Position numbers and translations under genes: made by a program. A stretch of 64,000 nucleotides of DNA from Convolutriloba macropyga. Taxonomy: Eukaryota. The DNA lies in contig NC_134475.1 in assembly GCF_964194025.1 (NCBI RefSeq), positions 6,820,001 to 6,884,000 on the forward strand, read 5' to 3'. Position 1 is the first letter of the stretch, and every line of letters starts with the position of its first letter. Shown here one piece after another: positions 26,600 through 40,632 of the stretch. A model generated the notes under the pieces. It had not been told where the DNA came from. It saw only the letters and a list, made by a program, of their open reading frames with translations, and did no database searches.

Positions 26600-27800
26600 G
26601 ATCGTGGCTCCATTATTTCAAGTGAAACTTTCGCTTTGTGAATTCAAAGATTTATTATCCAGATGAAGAGATTTAACGTCCAACTCAATTTATTGGTGCT
26701 TACTCAAAACTGGCAAACTTCTACCAAAATTTTCTTCATCAGTACTTTTGACATTTTTCAGAACCGACATTACGTGGCAAAAGTCCACTTGTTCGAGTAA
26801 GTTTACTTGAGTTTGTCACTATTTAACACGACCATATAAGATCCCAACTCCTCGTAACAGTTGTCTACGCCGTTATAGTTGCCTGGGATTACTAGCCGCA
26901 ATCAGTGACAGCTTGTCATTTGGTCCGAAAGGGAAGAAAGCCTTATAGGTAAATAAATTCAAAGAAGTACCTCACAAAACTAATCGTGGATTAAAAAAAC
27001 AATTAGCCGTTGCAGCTACCAATAAATGGTGACTAATCAAGAAATGTCTTGTGTTCGAAATGTTTTGTAATTACCAATATCAATGCTTATAAAAATAATT
27101 AAGTCTCGGAATTGAGTCTCAAGCAATTAATAAAACTCTATCAAAAAACTTCTATCAAAGGCTAACCGAAAACTCAAAATCGTGATTATGGAATACAATT
27201 ATCCTTGAAGAGAGTGACAAAATCCTGTTTTTCCGCCACTCATGTCCAAGAACAACGCAATTATTTTTTCATTGTAAATAGCAACTTGGATTTTTGCCAC
27301 GTAATGGAGTGCTATTAAAATGCCATCAATTTTTCAGTTGAATAACATAAAAACTGAAACAATGGGAATTTAGAATGGTTATAAACTTACTCCTCAAAAA
27401 CATGCAGTTTTGTATTAAAAATCGCAATTTGAGCGTTAGCTAATTTATTAAAAAATATTCACAGAATTTGTATCTTTCTCAACATTTCTTTGTACGAAAA
27501 GAACAGGCAACACATTTCCAACCAAAACAAACATAATAATGATAATGTCTTTATTGTATCACTTCGGCATAGAAACAGGTTGCATGCTTAGTTTTAAAAA
27601 GCAGGAAACCATATTTGCAACAAAAAGTATTGTGGATAGTTTCAAATGAAAGCTGAAATATACAAAAAAAAATTGAACAATGTACAAATTGTTCTTAGTT
27701 TTTGATGCAGCTACATTAGAATAAATAAGTTAAATTTGCTAATAATGAGATGTTTTTGCCCTTCCGTGGCCAAAAGTCACAAAAATTTGTCACATATTCC
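26600..27800 (-). mobile_element. Possible highly decayed LINE reverse transcriptase remnant
   Basis: Minus-strand peptide DGILIALHYVAKIQVAIYNEKIIALFLDMS (about 27235-27327) resembles the RT A.FLD.S.AFD region; other motifs are barely recognisable and the boundaries are guesses. Confidence 0.3.
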
Positions 27801-29028
27801 AGTTTAATGTCCCTGTTATCCACAATGAAAAAACTACTCCTTCAGCGTGCAGCTATGATGTGACAGGAAAAGCATAAGTATGTCACTTGTATCGGTTGAG
27901 TAAAAAACCATTGTCCAGTATTTGGTGCATTCAGTTAGCCTAATGTATTATTGCACGAAGTTAGTTTGTAATTGATTGAGACCCAATTCAGAGGCTAAAT
28001 TGTTCTTATGAAAAGTGATATATGCAGTCGCAAAAAACTGCTAGTTGTCTTCTTAATCAACAACGAGTATTGGGATGGACATTTCTGTAGTTAATCATCA
28101 ATAAGGATATCTTTCATTTTGTTCTAATTGAGATGATGTTGTTAGCTATAGCGGTTATTATATGCTGTAACCATGGACATCAACGCTGGCTAAAACAGGC
28201 CAGGCCAGACAAATTACGCGGATAGTTTCAAACTAAGCAAACTAAATTCATTCACCATCTCAAATATCCAGATACGCGTGCAGTCCTAATCTTAAAACAT
28301 GGTCGTTAATAACATTGTATTTTCACGTATGCACCAGATATAGCAAAAAAATTACAAGAAGAGTAGGACACGAAACTTGTTATTCGTTTAACATTCATAA
28401 TTTCACATTAAATTACAGAAAAAGATCCCAGAAGGATATAAGAACTCTTATCCTCAGTTAAAGCGAAACGAATGAGAGCAAAAAGTTACTTTTTCAAATG
28501 CGATAATCGAGACGATCGGAAACCTTACAACAGAATTGACATAAAAACCAACGACAACGATTATCATAAATGTCGCCATGAAAGCAAATTTAGTTGTTTT
28601 CAGTTGTTCAATTGAAAAAATATAACTGGCAGATTGCCAGAAAATAACCGCAATCGTAGACCTGCATTCTCAAAAAGATGCTGAGATGATATATTTTGAT
28701 TCAGAATCTGTATAACTTTTTGCTGCTTCTATTAGCTGCTCTCAAATAGCCTTCAATTAGAATGACACACATTCACTTGACCTCATCTCTTTGAATTTAA
28801 GTGAAAAAAGTCTTTTTGAATTTCAAAGTGAGGAAGTCATTTTTAAGAGTGAGGTAAGCCAAGTGTGACCAAAAACTAAACCACGCGAATGTACAAAAAA
28901 TTGGTTCCACTAAGACTGCAAAATGACGTTGAAAATCACGTAATTCAGTTGAAATTTCATGAACGATTGAACAAAAAGCAGATTTGAAGTGGTCGTATGA
29001 TCGTAACAAAAATCTTGACGACGAAGTA

Positions 29029-29995
29029 AAAACATACCCGGCAAGTAAAAATATACGAAGTAAAAACATTGCCGGAAAATAGCCGCCGTTGATTCCAATA
29101 AGCATGATTGGGATTGAAATAACAGAAGATATTGAAAAAGAAAGATTTTTGTACAAAAATATTTTTTTAAGTCCGATTTATTTTGAAGGCGTTTCGTAGT
29201 TGAACATACTTCTGTTTTAGAGAGGGGCTACAGGGGCTACCATCAACAACAATAAGCATTAGAGATGGTAAATAAGACTTATAGGAACAACGTTCAAATA
29301 GCGGGCATCTAAAATTGGGCTTTATGGGTTTATCCCGTTTCTATTTCTGACATCCATTTTTGTACTAACTCTGTTCATTTTGAATTGCTTTGCTGAGCAA
29401 CTGATGTTCAAAATCACTTTTAGCAGAATGAAAGAAGAGAGAAACTAGCCTAGAGAAGTCAAAAAGATTTCACGCAAAATGTTGAAAAGGCGGCAAAATG
29501 AGTTAAAGCGAAACATTTTTTTATTCGACGAAGTAAAAAAACATAGCAGGACGAGTCCTGACGTACAATTCAAAGAATTTTCATTGACTAAACAGAAAAC
29601 TAGACCTAGAACGGACTATGAGTGGATTGGTTAAACCATTTAGAAAAAAATCCGATCCAAAAAAACGATAAAACAGTAAAAATCAAAGTCAAATTGCCGC
29701 ATGTGAACAAAAAACCACTAGCGAGAAAGCGAATTTTTGTTCAAACACCATTTTCTCACTCTACTTTAAATTTGGAGCGTAAAAAATTCACGCCGCAAAA
29801 CCACTCGCTTTTTCGCTCCACTTCCTGTTTCGACGTGACCAAAATCACTACTCCAATTTGACTTCAAAAATCATGAAAATGTGTGAACAGATCTTAAAAA
29901 AAAAAAGACAGCGCCCCAATACAATTCAAATTCTTTGAATTGTAAAAAATAGGAGCGCTATAATAGCCGGCTGAGAAGATGAGGGCGGCTATTAA
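29029..29995 (-). mobile_element. HINE-like family H1 copy
   Basis: Same termini and long shared body (gggcatctaaaattgggctttatgggtttatcccgtttc, gtcctgacgtacaattcaaag) as 11627-12536. Confidence 0.78.
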
Positions 29996-30250
29996 AAAAC
30001 AAAGAGAAGGTCAATAATAGCGCCAGCTATCGCTAAGCGGCTAATAAAAAATAATGTCACAGGACAATTTGACGTAGGGAACTCTACCCATAATAAGTTT
30101 GGATGGTTGGAACACTAAAAGTCTAACATTTTGAACAAAAAAAAGGTTAAAACAGCAAGAAGCGAATTTTTTAGCAGACCGATTGATAAGTGTTGGATCA
30201 AATGCCGCAGTCATTATGAAAAAAAACTTGCTTTGATCAATTTAACTAAC

Positions 30251-30691
30251 TTTTTGCCACCAGGTAGCTCCAAGTAGAAATTGTCGAGCACTTTTGAGAA
30301 GTCAGAGAAGACAGGTCGATATGCAAATGCAGTGCAGTAAGCCGAAAGCGAAGCTCTTGTGTAGAAATCGTGGATCTTTTTCCTCAATTCAGGACTCAGA
30401 GGGTGAATTCCCTTTCCGTCCCAAAAATCAGGACAAACGTCACATAGCATGTCAGCTGTTCCCTGTGTGAACAACTGTTGCAGCCCAGTTGAGGTATCGT
30501 GAACAACCACAGAACATAAAAAGGGGAATGGAGTCTTCTTCCTCAGAATCGCTTTGATTCTCCTCATTTTAAACGTGTCACTCGGATCAAATGGTTGAGA
30601 CTCGCGGAAAGATTGGATGTAGTTTTTCACTTCGTAACTTTCGGTGGCGTTTTTGGCAAACCCTATTGCCTCGGACAACTCGCAAGCGCAT
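30251..30691 (-). CDS. TMEM94: TMEM94 exon (CACELSEAIGF...DFWDG...AYCTAFAYRP...LELPGGK)
   Basis: ORF 30214..30699; acceptor atgtttag, donor AA|gttagt; phase 2-2. Confidence 0.93.
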
Positions 30692-31220
30692 CTAAACATA
30701 TTTCCATTTAAGGAACTTTTCTTTCATAATCAATATATATCGTAGATGCACAGGCTAAAACAATTTTTCACTATAAAACCTGTAGAATCTTTCCAACATC
30801 ACTTCAGCATTTGCTAACTGGAATTGTAAATAAAAAGTTTTTGAGAAATTGATTAAAATCGGATCTTTTTCGTTATCAAATGGCAATAAACAGAAGAGGT
30901 TCGCTTAGATTAAAAATTCCAATTACATGCGGAATCATGAAACAAGGTGAATCGTTGTTTGCTGTGCGAATCATAGTAAATGTTCCAACCCAGACTTTTG
31001 CTTCAATAACGGAGGAACAAGAGCCAAACAGAGGCAGGGGAAGAACTCAGAAATTTAGCCGGTAGATCGCCACAAAAACAGCTGCGGTTGCTAGACATGT
31101 AGGCCCAAAATACCAAAAAAACTACTGATACGAGGAAAAACCTTTAAAAAATGTCAATTTTTTTGATTAAAATCAATAGTTTCTGAAAATTTCCCTCAAA
31201 AAGCTTCAATTATTCAGAAA

Positions 31221-31310
31221 CACCGCACCACACCACACCAGACCTACCTCACCATACCACACCAGACCACACCACACCACACCACAGAAGACCACGCCAC
31301 ACCACATACA
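31221..31310. repeat. Degenerate (CACCA)n simple repeat
   Basis: caccacaccacaccagacc... read directly. Confidence 0.9.
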
Positions 31311-31357
31311 CACGCATAATTAACTTGTTGTTAAATAAATTTTCTGCGGGAAAAATC

Positions 31358-31610
31358 AAAACATAGCCGGCAGATTGCTGGAAAATAGCCACCGTTGACC
31401 CGCTTGACGCACATTGGGATTGAAACAGAAAAATAAAAAAAATAAGAAAGAGAAGCTGACAGAATTTTTTTAATTGTCAAAGTGTCAAAGTTATGCATAT
31501 TCGGTTAGATTCTAAAAGTAAACTTAATTCAGCTTCTAAACTGAAGTCTATTAAGAATAGTAATAATGCTAGCTAGCAATCACTTTAATGAACTCTGATA
31601 ACCTAATTGT
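31358..31610 (-). mobile_element. HINE-like family H1, 3' portion (a matching other end may be at about 32761-32799)
   Basis: aaacatagccggcagattgctggaaaatagccaccgttgac..., similar to the 13742 copy. Confidence 0.6.
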
Positions 31611-33206
31611 CAGTCAAATAAAAAAAACGGCATTTCAAGCAAACTCTCAGTGCTGCACTATGTCAAATGAAATCAATTGCGAACAAAATGAATATCGAAG
31701 GAAAAGACTAAAATAATTATTTTTAACAACTGATAAAAACAGAGCTATTTAGAATTATAATTCTCACTAAAAGGAAAGACTGATACATGTTAGAATGCGG
31801 AGAATAAGGACAGAAACAAAAACACATCGAAAAACAAACAGACTAAAACTTTAAGACTAAAGACTTTCGAAAGTTTAAAATCAAATTTAAAAAAATTCCT
31901 TATTTAGCATAAAAGTACATAACTATCCTCCTGTATAAATTAGAATGTAACATGAAAACAAGTGAAACATGGTTCACAGATTGGAAACAATAAAAAAATT
32001 TTGAATAAATTTGTCCAAAAGATTTTCAAAATTGCACTCACGAAAAATTTTAGCCACAACATTTTCAATTATCCGTAAAAAAAGTTAGTATCACTGACAG
32101 AAAAAAAGAACTTCTCTGTTAGCATATCAAAAAAAAACAAAAAACCAGTAAAACTCGACAAAGAAATGCCAAAATCGGGCATTCATGTGAACAATTCTAT
32201 AAAATAAAACAAAAACACCTCACGTTATAAAAAGGCACTCAAATCACGAAATATCAAAGGTAAATTGCCATGTGCACTGAGCTGATTCTTGAAAGAACAT
32301 CCTCTTTAAGATCCAAAAAAAAGCAAATTAAATGAAAAAGCCAAAAATGAATTTGAAAATTGGAAATTTGGAAATGAATTTGAATTCATTTGAAAATGAA
32401 TTGAAAAACCCTGTGATATCAATTTGAGAGGTTCACATATCAAAACAGCTTCTATTAAAAATTATTTCCTAAAAAATTAAAATATAGGCGAAAAAGCTGG
32501 GCCAATGGGACGGAAGAACGGCTAAAAATGGTTATCTATATAAAGCATTCTCTCAAAAAACACCTTTCAAATCCGAAAATTCATCAATGATCGAAGCGCA
32601 TGATCGAATACACTTCTCTCGCTCATACAAAATAAGTCCACACGTCAATTTTACCCTTTCGCTTCTTGGTCAAAACGCCGTCTGAACGAATAGTACTTCC
32701 GCTAAAAAAACTTAAGAAAACAAATACTCATCTTCGAGTCGCAAAAAAGGAGAGCACCCAAATAATAGCCCTTGAGAGGCTGGCGGCGGCCATTAAAAAG
32801 AATAATAGACCTAGTTTTCTTTTACATCACCCGATCTACTCGGTTCTATGAGCTTTCGAAAGATACCACTTTCAATTCTCTACTCAAAAGATAAAAATGG
32901 ACCGTAGGCGCCTTTTCAAAAAAGTTCCCCGGCACAAAGTTCCACCCCAAGGCTTTCGGGTCTTATAATTTCAAATGATAAAGCGCACGACTCAAACGGT
33001 TGCCGCATATTTGCCTAAAAATTTTGATAAAACGCTAGTTTCATTTCGCTGTCAAATTTAGACTACATTTGTCTTCCGCTGACGTGGCATGATGGCGTTG
33101 TACTAATTTTGGGCTTTAGAATCGGTTGGAAAGATGCGACAGTTGAAAAGTTAACTTGACACATTTAAGAGAACAGAAAATGATATCAAATTCCAACTGG
33201 TTGCTG

Positions 33207-35220
33207 CAATTATATGAGTTCATTGTCGCTTGAAGCATCTGTCAAAACAATCTGTCTATTGGACAAAAATAAAAATAACTTTAGATCTGTTTCCTTTTTC
33301 TTTATCAACAAAGTTTTCATTAGGCTACGTGAACAAACTGATGCGTTCTTTTTCATTAGCCTTGAGAAATCCCCATAACAATAATATTAACGGTTACAAG
33401 GTTGAAAATTACTAATTACGGGTGGTCGTTAATTTATCAGTGAGATGATGGAGGGTCGAGACGTTGGGGGTGGGGTTGGAAACAGTTCCAAAACATTGAA
33501 AGCGATGACAACGTTAAGTTTATTTTCCACATCATCGATATTGTCTTCACTTCTTTAGGCGTGCAGAACAACATATTAACAAGGAGGCCACTATATATTG
33601 ATTGTAATTGAAATCTATATATCCAATATTTAACACATCATATTAAGGTCTTAATTGTTTCGTCCATGAAATTTATTGAGAAGAAATTAAAGAGGTTGAT
33701 AGGCGTATGTTCCAAATTTCCATTCTGTGTATTGCTTCATGTTGCCAGATTCCATAACGCATATGAACAGAACCAGCAAATTGCCAGAAAACAGCCGCAA
33801 GAGGCCCACTTGAAATATCTTAAATTTTTCCAAAAAGTGGAGGAAAACCAGAAAATAACTATTTTGATGGCGGTGGTTGGCGTTGGTGTCAGAAAAATAC
33901 GTAATGAGAAAAAATACCCAAAAATATACCCAATAATTTATCCTAATGTTGATACTACCAGAACGACTATTTAGCATAATATTATCTAAATGAGATAACT
34001 TAGAATGCAATCAAGTATATTTATCAAGTCTTAAATGTGAGACTAGTACATTTCTCCATGTCTCAGTGGCCCATGGAACTTGACATATTTTGTTACATTT
34101 TGTTGATACATTTTGTTCTAAAAACTTGATACATTTTGTTCTAAAAAAGCACACATGGACTGCAAAAAGGGACAACAAAGATTGTAAAGACAATGAGTCA
34201 CGGTCAAAATTGACGATCAATTATATGAGTTCATTGTCGCTTGAAGCATCTGTCAAAACAATCTGTCTATTGGACAAAAATAAAAATAACTTTAGATCTG
34301 TTTCCTTTATCTTTAAGTTTTCATTAGGCTACGTGAACAAACTGATGCGTTCTTTTTCATTAGCCTTGAGAATTTCCCATAACAATAATATTAACGGATA
34401 CAAGGTTGAAAATTACTAATTACGGGTGGTCGTTAATTTATCAGTGAGATGATGGAGGGTCGAGACGTGGGGGGTGGGGTTGGAAACAGTTCCAAAACAT
34501 TGAAAGCGATGACAACGTTAAGTCTATTTTCCACATCATCGATATTGTCTTCACTTCTTTAGGCGTGCAGAACAACAAATTAACAAGGAGGCCACTATAT
34601 ATTAATTGTAATTGAAACCTATATATCCAATATTTAACACATCATATTAAGGTCTTAATTGTTTCGCCCATGAAATTTATTGAGAAATTAAAGAGGTCGA
34701 TAAGCGTATGTTCCAAATTTCCATTCTGTGTATTGCTTCATGTTGTCAGATTCCATAACGCATATGAACAAAACCAGCAAATTGCCAGAAAACAGCCGCA
34801 ACAGGCCCACTTGAAATATCTTTAATTGTTCCAAAAAGTGGAGGAAAACCAGAAAATAACTATTTTGATGGCGGTGGTTGGCGGCGGTGTCAGAAAAAAT
34901 AAGTAATGAGAAAAAATACCCAAAATATACCCAATATTTTATCCTAATGTTGATACTACCAGAACGACTATTTAGCATAATATTATCTAAATGAGATAAC
35001 TTAGAATGCAATCAAGTATATTTATCAAGTCTTAAATGTGAGACTAGTACATTTCTCCATGTCTCAGTGGCCCATGGAACTTGATATATTTTGTTACATT
35101 TTGTTGATACATTTTGTTCTAAAAACTTGATACATTTTGTTCTAAAAAAGCACACATGGACTGCAAAAAGGGACAACAAAGATTGTAAAGACAATGAGTC
35201 AAGGTCACAATTGACAATCA
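33207..35220. repeat. Direct tandem duplication of about 1.0 kb (33207-34217 and 34218-35220)
   Basis: Both units start caattatatgagttcattgtcgcttgaagc and are near-identical, with scattered substitutions and small indels; duplicated ORFs appear in the track. Confidence 0.95.
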
Positions 35221-38041
35221 AAATTGAAGATCATTTTAAGAGAAAAAAGTGAGAGAGAGAGAGAGATCTTGTTATAGAGCATTGCTAAATAAAACACTGA
35301 TCCAGGTACGACATGATTCATTTTAAAATTAACGTTGATGATAAACAGCTCCTGATAAATACTCGAAGAAAACTTCTATGCACTAAGCTTTGAACATATA
35401 AAAACAAACCAATGGTAAAAAGCAATTGCACATAAGGTTTGTATATCGATTCAACCTGAACTCATCGAGTAAAACATGAAGTCACAGGACGCATACTAAT
35501 AGTTTACAATTTAATGGTTCATTATCTTACCTGATAACGAATAACAAATGAAACACGAATAGCAAAAACCGCAAAAAAATATCACGTAAACAAAAATCAC
35601 GTTAACAAATGTACCCGTCATATTACCGAAAAATAGTCGCCATACATTCACATAACCACGATTGGGATTGAAAGAACAGAAAAAAATCATTTTTTCACAA
35701 AAGATTTTTAAAGTACGTTCTATTTTGATTGGGTAATGTAGTTAGATATACTCCTGTTTCTTCATGAGAAGATACAGGGACTAGTATCCATATAAATAAA
35801 AATGAGACCTGTTATCTCAGCCTGATTACAACAGAGCTTAAATACCGGGCATCTAAAACTGGGCTTCATCCCGTTTGTATTTTCCTCTGTCATTTTTGTT
35901 CGCTTTGCCGAATACCTGTTCCTTAAAATCACTTTGAGAAAACACGAGAGCAGTACAACTAGCCTAGAGAAGTTAAAAGCCATTTCATGCAAAATCTTGA
36001 ACAAGCTATGGCCTAAGATAAAGCAATAAAATTTTTCTTTTGTTCGACTAAGTTAAAAACAAAGCAGATCAAATCCTGAATTACAATCCAAAGAATTGGA
36101 AAATTTAATAAACTGACAATCAAAATTTTTACAGAAAAGAAACTAGAACAATCAACACAGCCCGTGACACAATAGACATAGGCAAAAACCAAAAAATCTA
36201 AAACAATGCCACACTAAATAGGGGCGATAACAACCGTTATTTTTGAGACTAAGCGATAAGACCGCCAGAAAAACAACAAAAACATGCGAGACTAACTTTC
36301 ATTTTTCGAAAAGAGCGTGTCAAAATCATATAACGGAGTGCAAAGGCAGAAACGAGTATTTGATCCTATTAAATTTCAAAAAAACCAATGACACTAGTTA
36401 TTATTGAGACTAATTCCTAAAACAAAAATACATCCAATTTTCGAAGAACTCAATAAATCGCAAATACTTTCTGAAAACACATAGAAAAGTCAAAGAAGAC
36501 AATAACTACGGACAAAAAACAAGTATTGCAAGCAACTTAACGCTCAATATCAACCGATGAGACCTGTCAACAACGAGACTGAAATATAAGATAGCAATAA
36601 GTAAAAGATATGCAGGCAAAACTAAAAACCTCACTAATTTTTATTTTGAAAAACAAGCCGCGTATTAGTCAGGGAAAGCGATAACTCTGAATTGAAAACG
36701 AAATGAACAGCAAAAACTTGCAAAACTCAAAAATTCGATATTATTTCCTGAAGACAATGTGTCAAATGAGAATTGACAAAAGCAAACTATTCTCAAAAGC
36801 AAACTATGAGAAATGTCCATAATGATATTTATTGATAAGACAACAGCAAGTAAAACAAATACTCGCAAAGCCCAACAGACGATACTCACAAAACTCAAAA
36901 ACATTTTCTTAAAACATGTATTTTATTGTAATATCTGTATTGTATATAAAGCAAACGTTATGAACTGAAAGACATCAGGAATGTCAATTGTCCTTTCCCT
37001 AACTATAATGCCGAACTGACTTGTCTTTAATGATAGTTAAAGATAAGACAACAAATACGACAACAGATAGGGGCAAAACTCAAAAACAAAGTGAAATTTC
37101 AGGCAACCAAATAGAGTTAAAGTCATCGAAATTATACGCTGCCCATTGCAAATGGTAACAATTGCATATATTAAACATTATTTGAACAAATATATAAACA
37201 TTTGTACCATTCGAGGATAAATATTATTGAAAACATAAGTGAAATTGCCGCACGTGAAAAGAGAATATTTGTTCAAACATCAACTTCTCATTCCACTTTT
37301 AAAGCAGTTTGGCCCTTGAACTTTACGCCCTTGAACTACTCACCTTTTAACTACACTTTAAAATCAAGTGTGATTAAAATCACTACTCGAAAGGTGACTT
37401 CTCATTGGCAACAAAAAGTAACAGACTTTCGAAAAATACCGGACCAATAAAATCGAAACAATTTGGTTAGTTAAAAATAGCAGCACAATTCCTGGGAAAC
37501 AATCAGAAGGGTTGAATGAAAAACGTAAAAATCCTTGACTCGACCAACAGTCCAATTGAATATTACGGCCCAAGCAGGCAGAAGAAGAGTCACCATAACT
37601 CAGAAAATCAAAAAAATAGCATTTAAATTGGCATTAAGAGAACATCTACCTCAAAAACCAACATAAAAATATTGCTCGCACGAGACCTTTCTGAACGCTG
37701 ACATATGTCAATTTAGATGAAACTAGCATTAAAAACACTGCTGCGCACTTTTGTCCTTGAGACCAAAACAAATATATTCAGTTCATTACATGAAAAAATA
37801 TTTTGCAGCAATCGCTTACAATCGATAAGAAGTTGGGTTAAAATTCTCAAAAAGATAGCTGGTCTACTTTTGTTGTTACTGTCATTACTATAAACAACTT
37901 GGGACCAAAGAAACGAATACGTACTAAGATATTAACAGGAAATCAAAAATTAAAAAAAGTTAGAATCCGAAATGTTTTTTTTTTAATTTGTGAACATTCA
38001 CACTTATTTGTCTGAAATTACAACTAATCGTAATGAAGCAG

Positions 38042-38259
38042 AAACATAAACCAACCAACGTCGGACAAAATAGCTCTAGAACGACAGGCGGGGCGATTTA
38101 ATCAGGGGCTCCAACCTGAACAATTTTTTTATGGGTGCAAAAAATTCTGGGACGAAGAGTCAAAACAAACAAAAAAGTGAGAGGAAATTGGTCCAAAAAA
38201 TGACACTTTGAAAAAGACTATCAGAATAATTACTACAAACTTTGTTTAAGGGGCAATGA
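38042..38259 (-). mobile_element. HINE-like family H2, short deleted copy
   Basis: aaacataaaccaaccaacgtcggacaaaatagctctagaacgacagg ... taattactacaaactttgtttaaggggcaat. Confidence 0.6.
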
Positions 38260-38872
38260 AAAACCAAGACAAGCGCAGTAACTGTCGCTACTAGATTATG
38301 CGGCTGTTGAAAGAAGTAAACTGAATTATTACTCTTAACAGATTCATGGTGTATACAAACCTGCTTTGAAGAGCACGCGTCCAGCTATACAAAGTGACAA
38401 ATATGAACATGATAATTTCAATTACTTGTACCTGATATAAATCCTAATTCTGCTTTATCTAACAAGCTCAGTTACTCTTTCTTCAGTTACCACAATAATT
38501 TTCAAGAAAACTTTGAACTTTTGGAAATTGCAGCGCGTTTCGGACAAAACACAATTTTTCTAACTTATTGTGTGTTGTGTCACATATACACCCAGATTGA
38601 AGTAGCTGGGCATATGCCTCATGTTTAGTACCAGAAGCCAAGGAATCGGTATTGTAATATTGAAGGAAAATATGGCGTTAATTCACGAACCAAGTTAAAA
38701 ATTTTTGGAATTAGCATTAAATGTCCCCTTTTTGATCATTTGCTGTAAAAAATCCCTCTTTATCTTGGGTCATTTTTTGCATCATTGATTCCCGTTGAGG
38801 TTTTAGTCAGCTTTTATTGCTACTTTTGATATGCTTTTACAGAAACCCTTTTTTGTAGCTAAGATCACGTAC

Positions 38873-39255
38873 CTTCTATTGACGACCGCAATCGAGTGGT
38901 TCTCAAGAGAGCTCACACAGAGCAAGTGATCTGCAAACTTGGTGTAAGAATCCTCAACATATTCATTGCATGTATTCAGGAGTATGTTGAGTCCCAGAGG
39001 CTTCAAAGATGGCAGATGCTGTTGCCATCTCTCGTCATCGAAGTGGACAAAAAAGCTCTCGTTATGATCGCACGAGAGATCCATCACTTCTGGAACGTAG
39101 ACAGCGTTCATGCTTCCAGTGTCCGAGTCGTTGCCTCCATCTCCACCCCCACCTCCCCGGTCGTCCGAGTTCGGAGGTCTTCCCGAGGTCGACTCGGCAG
39201 GGGACACAGTGTCGTCCGGTTGTTCCACTGGTCGGATAAAAAAGACGCGTTCGAC
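38873..39255 (-). CDS. TMEM94: TMEM94 exon (VERVFF...HLPSLKPLGLNILL...AVVNR)
   Basis: ORF 38803..39279; acceptor gttttccag, donor AG|gtacgt; phase 0-2. Confidence 0.93.
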
Positions 39256-39497
39256 CTGGAAAACAGATTTTTTTTCCATGTTTTAGCTCTTCCTATTAAG
39301 TGACAGGGAAGATTAAGGGGTTTCTGGGCGCTGATCGGAATGTAGTAGGCTGGCGGAGAAGTTTTTTCTCATTATAGCCCATTTCAACCACTTCCGTTAG
39401 GTGAAGGGGTTGAAGTCAATAATCTATAATCTATATACACGAAGTCAATAATCTATTCATATTCGACCACACCCTCAAACAAAATATACGAATTCTT

Positions 39498-39657
39498 GGA
39501 TCTATTCTGTCCCCCCCCAAGTGTTTTTTATGACCCCCCGTTACAAATTATATGATGTTATATAGCACATTACTATGTAAGAAAATAGCACGTGCGTCTG
39601 GGGGTCATAAAAAATTTATGCTTACTAAGCTGGGGGGGGGGGGGGGGGAATAGATCC
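39498..39657 (+). mobile_element. GGATCT-MITE with perfect 8-bp TSD gaattctt
   Basis: ggatctattc...gaatagatcc flanked by gaattctt on both sides. Confidence 0.93.
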
Positions 39658-39964
39658 GAATTCTTGCTAGGGCGTGTAAACCTTGCTAGGGCACTTGAGA
39701 AAACATTTCATCTATTTCGCATCTATTCTGCTTCAATAACTCCCCGGTTTAGTGGGCATACAACTTATACGCTCCTCAGTCGCAAGTGCTGTTTTTTAAA
39801 TAGTAACATGCTGTATGGCAACACAACACATAATGCGTAAGTGGACAGAAAAAGCAAAAGGCAAAAGGAGGAGGGGGGGGGGGCGAAACCGTTTAGATTC
39901 GATTTTTCGAATGATCACGTTCGAAATTCTTAAAATAGATTGTGAGAGCTCTGAAATAAAATAG

Positions 39965-40138
39965 GGATCTACTCTGTTTTGCCCCCCTCCCCTCCCCCGT
40001 GTTTTTTACGCCCCAGTTGCAAATTATATGTTGCTATATAACACGTTACTATGTAAAAAAAATAGCACGTGCGCCTGGGGGGGGGGCTAAAAGATATAAG
40101 CCAACTAAGCCACTGGGGAGCCAAAACAGAATAGATCC
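39965..40138 (+). mobile_element. GGATCT-MITE
   Basis: TIRs ggatctactctgtttt / aaaacagaatagatcc; flanks taaaatag / ggaaatag. Confidence 0.9.
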
Positions 40139-40181
40139 GGAAATAGTTTGTATGAGAGAATGATCATTTTGGGTGACTGAC

Positions 40182-40376
40182 CTTTGGGTTGGGCCAGGAG
40201 AGGACTCCCCTCTTGTCTACTACACTGAATATTGTGGTGGATCCCAGTCCATAGAGTAGGTTGGATGTCCTTGAGAGACTGGGGGACATTCCACTGATGA
40301 TAGAGATGAAGTGTCGCCAGGAGAACTTGAAGTGGTACCAACTACCGGACACTGCTTCTCCACGCGACACAGAACC
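40182..40376 (-). CDS. TMEM94: TMEM94 exon with the DKRGVLS motif (position of the P-type ATPase DKTGTLT phosphorylation motif)
   Basis: ORF 40164..40370 frame; acceptor ttccctatag, donor AAG|gtcagt; 195 nt, phase 0-0. Confidence 0.92.
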
Positions 40377-40457
40377 CTATAGGGAACAACAATGCAACCC
40401 ATTACGTCAACTCAACACAACCACTAAAATTGATCTACAAAAGTGATTTAAAATGTA

Positions 40458-40632
40458 GGATCTATCCTGTTCCCCCCCCCCCCCCCCCCGCGCAGCTTAA
40501 TGGGCATTTATCTTTTACGCCCCGGCCGATTTTGGCACGTGCCAATTTTTTACATAGTAAACCTGCTATAGAACAATGCATAATTTGTAACTGTGGTCCA
40601 TAAAAACACTGGGGGGGGGGCAGAGCAGATCC
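40458..40632 (-). mobile_element. GGATCT-MITE in reverse orientation
   Basis: Body is the reverse complement of the 39965 copy; flanks aaaatgta / aaaatgag. Confidence 0.9.

Noticed and set aside
33666-35221. Duplicated ORFs of 69-109 aa as a paralogous gene pair
   Set aside because: They arise from the intronic tandem duplication of AT-rich repeat DNA and show no protein motifs.
4225-40446. Plus-strand and alternate-frame ORFs overlapping exons (for example 4225..4563, 4334..4879, 5511..5774, 8592..9008, 20317..20637, 22475..22765, 38896..39303)
   Set aside because: They are shadows of GC-richer TMEM94 exons with no recognisable motifs.
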